Origin: Candidatus Bathyarchaeia archaeon
GTDB lineage: Archaea > Thermoproteota > Bathyarchaeia > Bathyarchaeales > Bathycorpusculaceae
DNA: 64,000 nucleotides
Assembly: GCA_049521795.1 (NCBI GenBank)
Contig: JBEKOM010000003.1
Location: 32,001-96,000, forward strand
Direction of reading: 5' to 3'
Every line of letters starts with the position of its first letter. The first letter of the stretch is position 1. The position numbers were made by a program, and so were the translations under genes. The notes beneath the pieces were generated by a model that was given only the letters and a program-made list of their open reading frames with translations, ran no database searches and was not told the origin of the DNA. Of the stretch, positions 59,291-64,000 are shown one piece after another.

Positions 59291-61570
59291 GTGCGCGTGA
59301 AGGTCAAGGTTACAGGCATCGTTCAAGGGGTAGGTTTCCGCCCCTTCATCTACCGAAGAGCGGTGCATCACTGGCTAACTGGATACGTTAGGAACCGCGG
59401 CGACGCTGGAGTAGAGATACTCTTAGAAGGCGAAGAGCAAGACATCAAGAACTTCTTGAAGGACCTGCAAGTGAAAAAGCCCCCGTTGGCCCAAATCCAC
59501 GAAATCATAGCGACGAAAATGGGGGGTAACAACGAATACCTGAGATTTGCAATCAAGAAAAGCTCTACCGAAACTGAGCTTGCGGGGTCAGTTATACCGC
59601 CTGACATAGCAATCTGTGACGACTGCCTGGGAGAGCTTCGAAACCCCGAAGACCCAAGATTCAATTACTTCTTTATCACGTGCACCAACTGCGGTCCAAG
59701 GTTCACGATAATCGAAAAACTGCCGTACGACCGAGAGAACACAACGATGCGCGAGTTTCCAATGTGCGGCTTTTGCCTGAAAGAATACGAAGACCCATTA
59801 AACAGGAGGTTCCACGCTCAAACTATAGCGTGTCCCGAATGCGGACCAAGAGCTTACCTGAAAACAGCGAACGGTAAACTCGTTGAACACAAGGACCCAG
59901 TTCGCGAAGCGGGCAGACTCTTGTCTGAGGGCAACGTCTTGGCAATCAAAGGTTATGGTGGCTTCCACGTTGCAGCGTCGACGACTGAAGAAAAACCCTT
60001 GGCTAGGCTTAGAGTGGTGAAGCATAGAAGCCAGAAACCCTTCGCCATAATGGCTCGAAGCATAGAGGCGATAAGAACCTTTGCAGAAGTAAGCAAGAAA
60101 GAAGAAGAACTGTTAACATCCTACTCCCGTCCAATAGTGCTTCTCAACAAGAAATATGATTTCCCTCTTTCTAACTTGCTTGCTCCTGAACTGCACAACG
60201 TCGGCGTGATGCTGCCCTACACGGGTCTTCACTACATGCTTTTCGACGACGTGAAAGATGCTGCGTTCGTGATGACAAGCGCGAACCCGCCTTACCAACC
60301 TATTATCAAAGACAATGATGCGGCCTTGAAAGGTCTATGTGGCACAGTCGACTATTTCCTGTTTCACGACCGACAGATAGCCCACAGATGCGACGACTCA
60401 GTACTGCGTACGCACGGTCAAAACACCGTTTTCATAAGACGCTCAAGAGGCTACGCCCCAGCCCCCTTAATGCTAAAAGAAAAAGCAAAGCACTGCGTGC
60501 TGGCGTTGGGAGGGGAACTGAACGACACCGCATGCGTGCTCAACGGGAACAAAGCTTTCATTTCACAACACATAGGCGATGCGGAAAACGTGGAGACCAG
60601 AAACTTCCTAGAAACAGCAGCTGAACATTTGATCCGCCTCACAAACAGTAAAGTCGACACTGTTGCTTGTGACTTGCACCCAAAGTTCACGACGACTGCG
60701 CTTGCTCACGAATTAGCTGCGGAAAAGGGTTGGAGACTGCTTCAGGTTCAGCATCACTACTCTCACATAGCCGGTTTGATGGTTGAAGGCAACGTAGAAG
60801 AAATGGTGGGCGTATGCTGCGACGGATACGGATTTGGTCCGGACGGCGAAGCATGGGGAGGCGAGATCCTGCTGTGCGCTAGAGAAGCCCCAGGGTTCAA
60901 ACGTTTGGCCCACCTTGAAAAACAGCCCTTAATCGGAGGAGACTTAGCCACTCATTACCCGCTGAGAGTTGCTGCAGGAATACTTCGTAGCAAAGCGAAC
61001 ATTGAAGATTGGCTCCTGCAGCGGAAACAGCACTTCCCACACGGAGAAAAGGAAATAGAAATAATCCTTCAACAACTCAAGAATCGAAAGGGCATAATCG
61101 AAACCACGAGCTGTGGCCGAGTGCTAGATGCTGTCTCAGCAGTCCTCGGCATATGCTACGAGCGCACTTATGAAGGAGAACCATCCATGAAACTTGAGTC
61201 CGTTGCAATGAAAGGCAAAGACGTGCTAAACCTGAACCCAATAATTGAAGGCGACACCCTGAACACGACACAAATTCTTGAAGAGATATTCGAAAACACA
61301 AGAAAGCATTCCAAACAAGATCTGGCTTACTCCACGCACGCCTACATAGCGAAAGGCTTGGCCGCGCTTGCTATAAAACAGGCAGACGAGAATGACGTGA
61401 GAACTATAGGGTTTTCAGGGGGAGTCGCATCCAACGAGATACTGACCAAGGCGATGCGAAAACAAGTTGAAGCTGCACACTTGCATTTTCTTGTGCATGA
61501 AATCGTTCCTCCAGGCGACGGAGGTCTGTCTTTCGGTCAAGCTGCCGTATCCGGCTTTTTTCAACCATGA
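59291..61570 (+). CDS. hypF: Hydrogenase maturation carbamoyltransferase
   Basis: GIVQGVGFRPF, CTNCGPRF, RRFHAQ, VQHH, DGGLSFGQ. Confidence 0.96.
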   Translation: MRVKVKVTGIVQGVGFRPFIYRRAVHHWLTGYVRNRGDAGVEILLEGEEQDIKNFLKDLQVKKPPLAQIHEIIATKMGGNNEYLRFAIKKSSTETELAGSVIPPDIAICDDCLGELRNPEDPRFNYFFITCTNCGPRFTIIEKLPYDRENTTMREFPMCGFCLKEYEDPLNRRFHAQTIACPECGPRAYLKTANGKLVEHKDPVREAGRLLSEGNVLAIKGYGGFHVAASTTEEKPLARLRVVKHRSQKPFAIMARSIEAIRTFAEVSKKEEELLTSYSRPIVLLNKKYDFPLSNLLAPELHNVGVMLPYTGLHYMLFDDVKDAAFVMTSANPPYQPIIKDNDAALKGLCGTVDYFLFHDRQIAHRCDDSVLRTHGQNTVFIRRSRGYAPAPLMLKEKAKHCVLALGGELNDTACVLNGNKAFISQHIGDAENVETRNFLETAAEHLIRLTNSKVDTVACDLHPKFTTTALAHELAAEKGWRLLQVQHHYSHIAGLMVEGNVEEMVGVCCDGYGFGPDGEAWGGEILLCAREAPGFKRLAHLEKQPLIGGDLATHYPLRVAAGILRSKANIEDWLLQRKQHFPHGEKEIEIILQQLKNRKGIIETTSCGRVLDAVSAVLGICYERTYEGEPSMKLESVAMKGKDVLNLNPIIEGDTLNTTQILEEIFENTRKHSKQDLAYSTHAYIAKGLAALAIKQADENDVRTIGFSGGVASNEILTKAMRKQVEAAHLHFLVHEIVPPGDGGLSFGQAAVSGFFQP

Positions 61571-61810
61571 ACCAGAACCGATGGCGCATCGGCAGGTCCG
61601 AAGATTCGAACAGCTACAGAGCAGAGACTCGTGTACACTTTGGAAGGTTTCCGGATTGGTAATCGTGTCTGTAGCGTTGACTCTCTTTGTAAGAGAGATT
61701 TTCAAGTCAAAAGAATAGACTTTAGAAGTAGAAAACCCTTCTTCAATGTCACTAACTTTATCAGCCTGCATCTTCCAACATTCATTGAACAAGAGTCTGA
61801 GAATCAAGAT

Positions 61811-62047
61811 ATGTGTTTGGCCATACCAGCTAAGGTTGTAAACCGCAAAGAAGACAAAGCTGAAGTTGACTTTGGTGAAGGAGTTCTGAGGGAAGTCAAC
61901 GTCACCCTTGTAGAAGCAAAAGTAGGAGACTACGTCTTGGTGCATGCTGGCTATGCAATCCAGGTTTTGGATGAGAAAGAGGCTTTGGAAACACTGCAAC
62001 TGTGGAATGAGATTCTTGGAGCCGAAGCCGTGACTGGGCAACGATGA
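61811..62047 (+). CDS. hypC: Hydrogenase maturation chaperone
   Basis: MCLAIPAKV...GDYVLVHAGYAI. Confidence 0.95.
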   Translation: MCLAIPAKVVNRKEDKAEVDFGEGVLREVNVTLVEAKVGDYVLVHAGYAIQVLDEKEALETLQLWNEILGAEAVTGQR

Positions 62048-62066
62048 GAAGCAAGTTGAAAAGACA

Positions 62067-63146
62067 ATGGCCGAAAAGTCAAGGTTCAGAGATCCAGAAC
62101 TCGCGAAGCAAGTTTCAGATAAGATAGGTGAAATCGCCCCCAAAGAAGGCACTGTCAAGATCTGCCACGTATGCGGTACGCATGAGTGGACAATTACGCA
62201 CTACGGACTGCGGAGTCTCTTGCCAAAGAACGTGGAAGTCATAGCCGGTCCAGGCTGTCCGGTTTGCATCGTTCCGGCTTCAGAGATAGATGAGGCAATC
62301 GAGCTCGCCTTGAAAGGAATAGTAATCACATGCTTCGGTGACCTTTTCCGTGTTCCAGGTTCAAAGATGTCGCTTCTGGATGCCAAATCGAGAGGTGCAG
62401 ACGTCCGAATCGTCTACGGCATCGGCGACGCAGTGCAAATGACCATAAACGAGCCTGACAAGGAGTTCGCGTTTTTCGCCGTAGGGTTTGAAACCACATC
62501 CCCATCAACAGCGGTCGAAATAGCTGGAAAACCACCGGAAAACATCAGCTTCTTGATTTCTCACCGCACGATCCCGCCGGCAATGAAACTACTGGTCGAA
62601 ATGGAAGACTTGAGCCTGAACGGTTTCATAGCTCCAGGCCACGTGAGCACGATAATCGGACTGAAACCCTACGAGATTTTCCCACAAGACTACGCTATGC
62701 CTGTTGTGGTGGCCGGGTTCGAACCCTTAGACCTCATGTTTGGAATCTACATGGTGCTAAAACAGTTGAACGAAGGCAAGCCGAAACTGGAAAACGAGTA
62801 CCTCCGAGCTGTGAACAGAGAAGGAAACTTAAGAGCGCAGGAAGTGATGGGCAAAGTTTTCTCCACAGTGGATGGCGCATGGCGTGGGCTGGGCACGATT
62901 CCCCTCTCTAAATACACGCTTAGAAACGAATATTCGAAGTATGACGCGCACGTGAAGTACGGCGTGCATGTGGAGAAGGGCGTCGACATGCAGCACGGCT
63001 GCAGATGCCACCTTGTCGTGATCGGAAAGATAAGACCGACTGAATGTCCACTGTTCATGAAGGCTTGCACTCCTCAAAGACCAGTGGGCGCCTGCATGGT
63101 CAGTGTTGAGGGAACGTGCAGGATATGGGCGAGAGCAGAATACTGA
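62067..63146 (+). CDS. hypD: Hydrogenase maturation protein
   Basis: CGTHE, GPGCPVC, GFETT, PGHVS, GACMVSVEGTC. Confidence 0.96.
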   Translation: MAEKSRFRDPELAKQVSDKIGEIAPKEGTVKICHVCGTHEWTITHYGLRSLLPKNVEVIAGPGCPVCIVPASEIDEAIELALKGIVITCFGDLFRVPGSKMSLLDAKSRGADVRIVYGIGDAVQMTINEPDKEFAFFAVGFETTSPSTAVEIAGKPPENISFLISHRTIPPAMKLLVEMEDLSLNGFIAPGHVSTIIGLKPYEIFPQDYAMPVVVAGFEPLDLMFGIYMVLKQLNEGKPKLENEYLRAVNREGNLRAQEVMGKVFSTVDGAWRGLGTIPLSKYTLRNEYSKYDAHVKYGVHVEKGVDMQHGCRCHLVVIGKIRPTECPLFMKACTPQRPVGACMVSVEGTCRIWARAEY

Positions 63147-63214
63147 TTTTGTCGCTGTTGTCAAGAAAAGCTTTTATCGGAATAGGCTGAAAACTGCGTG
63201 TGAGGTAAAATCAA

Positions 63215-63847
63215 ATGACACTTGAGACAGACAAAAGCTTAGGCGGAGTAGGAGCAATACTGCTGGTCATCGGCACCATACCGTTCGCAGGGTTCTACAC
63301 AGGCATCCTCGCCATCGTCGGCCTAATACTTGTTCTAATATCTCTGAAGGGTTTATCAAGCTACTACAGCGAATCAGGCATATTCAACAATGCACTCTAC
63401 GCTTTTATCATAGCGATCGTCGGCGGAATTGTCTCCATCGTTGCAATCGTGACTGCAGCCATTGGGTTCTTGGATAAGATAGGATTCCACCCGTCCAATT
63501 GGACAGACCCGACGGTGTGGCGAAATTTCAACTGGTCAAACATCAGTTGGGACACCGTCTCGCCCTACATCGCTGCTATCGTGCTGAGTCTAGTGATGCT
63601 CTTTGTTTTCGCCATCGTCACAGCCATCTTCCTTAGAAGATCACTGAACAGTCTTTCATCAAAGAGCGGAGTCGGCATGTTTGGCACAGCAGGATTAATG
63701 ATCCTGATAGGAGCTGTCCTGACAATTATCCTAGTCGGTTTCATAATCCTCTGGGTTGCCATGATACTGCTGGCGGTTGCATTCTTCTCTATCAAAACTC
63801 AGGCCGCGCAGCCAACTGCACCTGGACCCCCACCCGCGCAACGCTAA
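63215..63847 (+). CDS. DUF996-like membrane protein
   Basis: LGGVGAIL...GLILVLISLKGLS.YY...IFNNAL...GAVLTIILVG. Confidence 0.75.
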   Translation: MTLETDKSLGGVGAILLVIGTIPFAGFYTGILAIVGLILVLISLKGLSSYYSESGIFNNALYAFIIAIVGGIVSIVAIVTAAIGFLDKIGFHPSNWTDPTVWRNFNWSNISWDTVSPYIAAIVLSLVMLFVFAIVTAIFLRRSLNSLSSKSGVGMFGTAGLMILIGAVLTIILVGFIILWVAMILLAVAFFSIKTQAAQPTAPGPPPAQR

Positions 63848-64000
63848 ACAAGCTATTCGCGTACATTTTCCCCATTTTTTAAAACCTGACTTACGTCTAC
63901 GTTTCACTCTAACATATTCTGGGAACAGGGTCTCCCAGAGGGCGAGATATGAATCTCTTGCCTCCGACTGCTGTCTGCATTGCCACGCCTTTCATATTGG

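Overview
Archaeal chromosome segment, most consistent with Candidatus Bathyarchaeia (inferred from cohesin/dockerin and PEF-type surface proteins, DUF4760-like repeats, an EF-2 paralogue, eL38, intron-containing tRNAs and a tetraether synthase). 1-14.6 kb is a cell-surface region: a >1300-aa repeat adhesin that runs off the left edge and is missing from the ORF track, three class III signal-peptide pilins, a pilus ATPase, a TadC/FlaJ-like membrane protein and a cohesin-dockerin protein. 12.8-33 kb is a patchwork of short accessory genes interleaved with core genes (OGG glycosylase, EF-2 paralogue, mgsA, dapA-like, eL38, tRNA-Ile2/Ser/Val). 34-64 kb is core metabolism: NfnAB/SudAB, MvhD-ferredoxin, TrxB, HdrD-like and HdrA-like proteins, ETF, a full beta-oxidation cluster, Tes, an MFS transporter and hypFCD. 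The most unusual signal is non-coding. Five ~110-150-bp elements in the accessory zone each have a quasi-palindromic core (GATAAAACYTTACCC, always in the same orientation), a GGGTTTGG-type outer arm and a CT/CA low-complexity inner arm, and they bracket small gene cassettes. Eight copies of GCGCGCGCT also occur there, some exactly at gene-truncation points. Together these suggest an uncharacterised cassette or site-specific recombination system, but no recombinase is present in the window.
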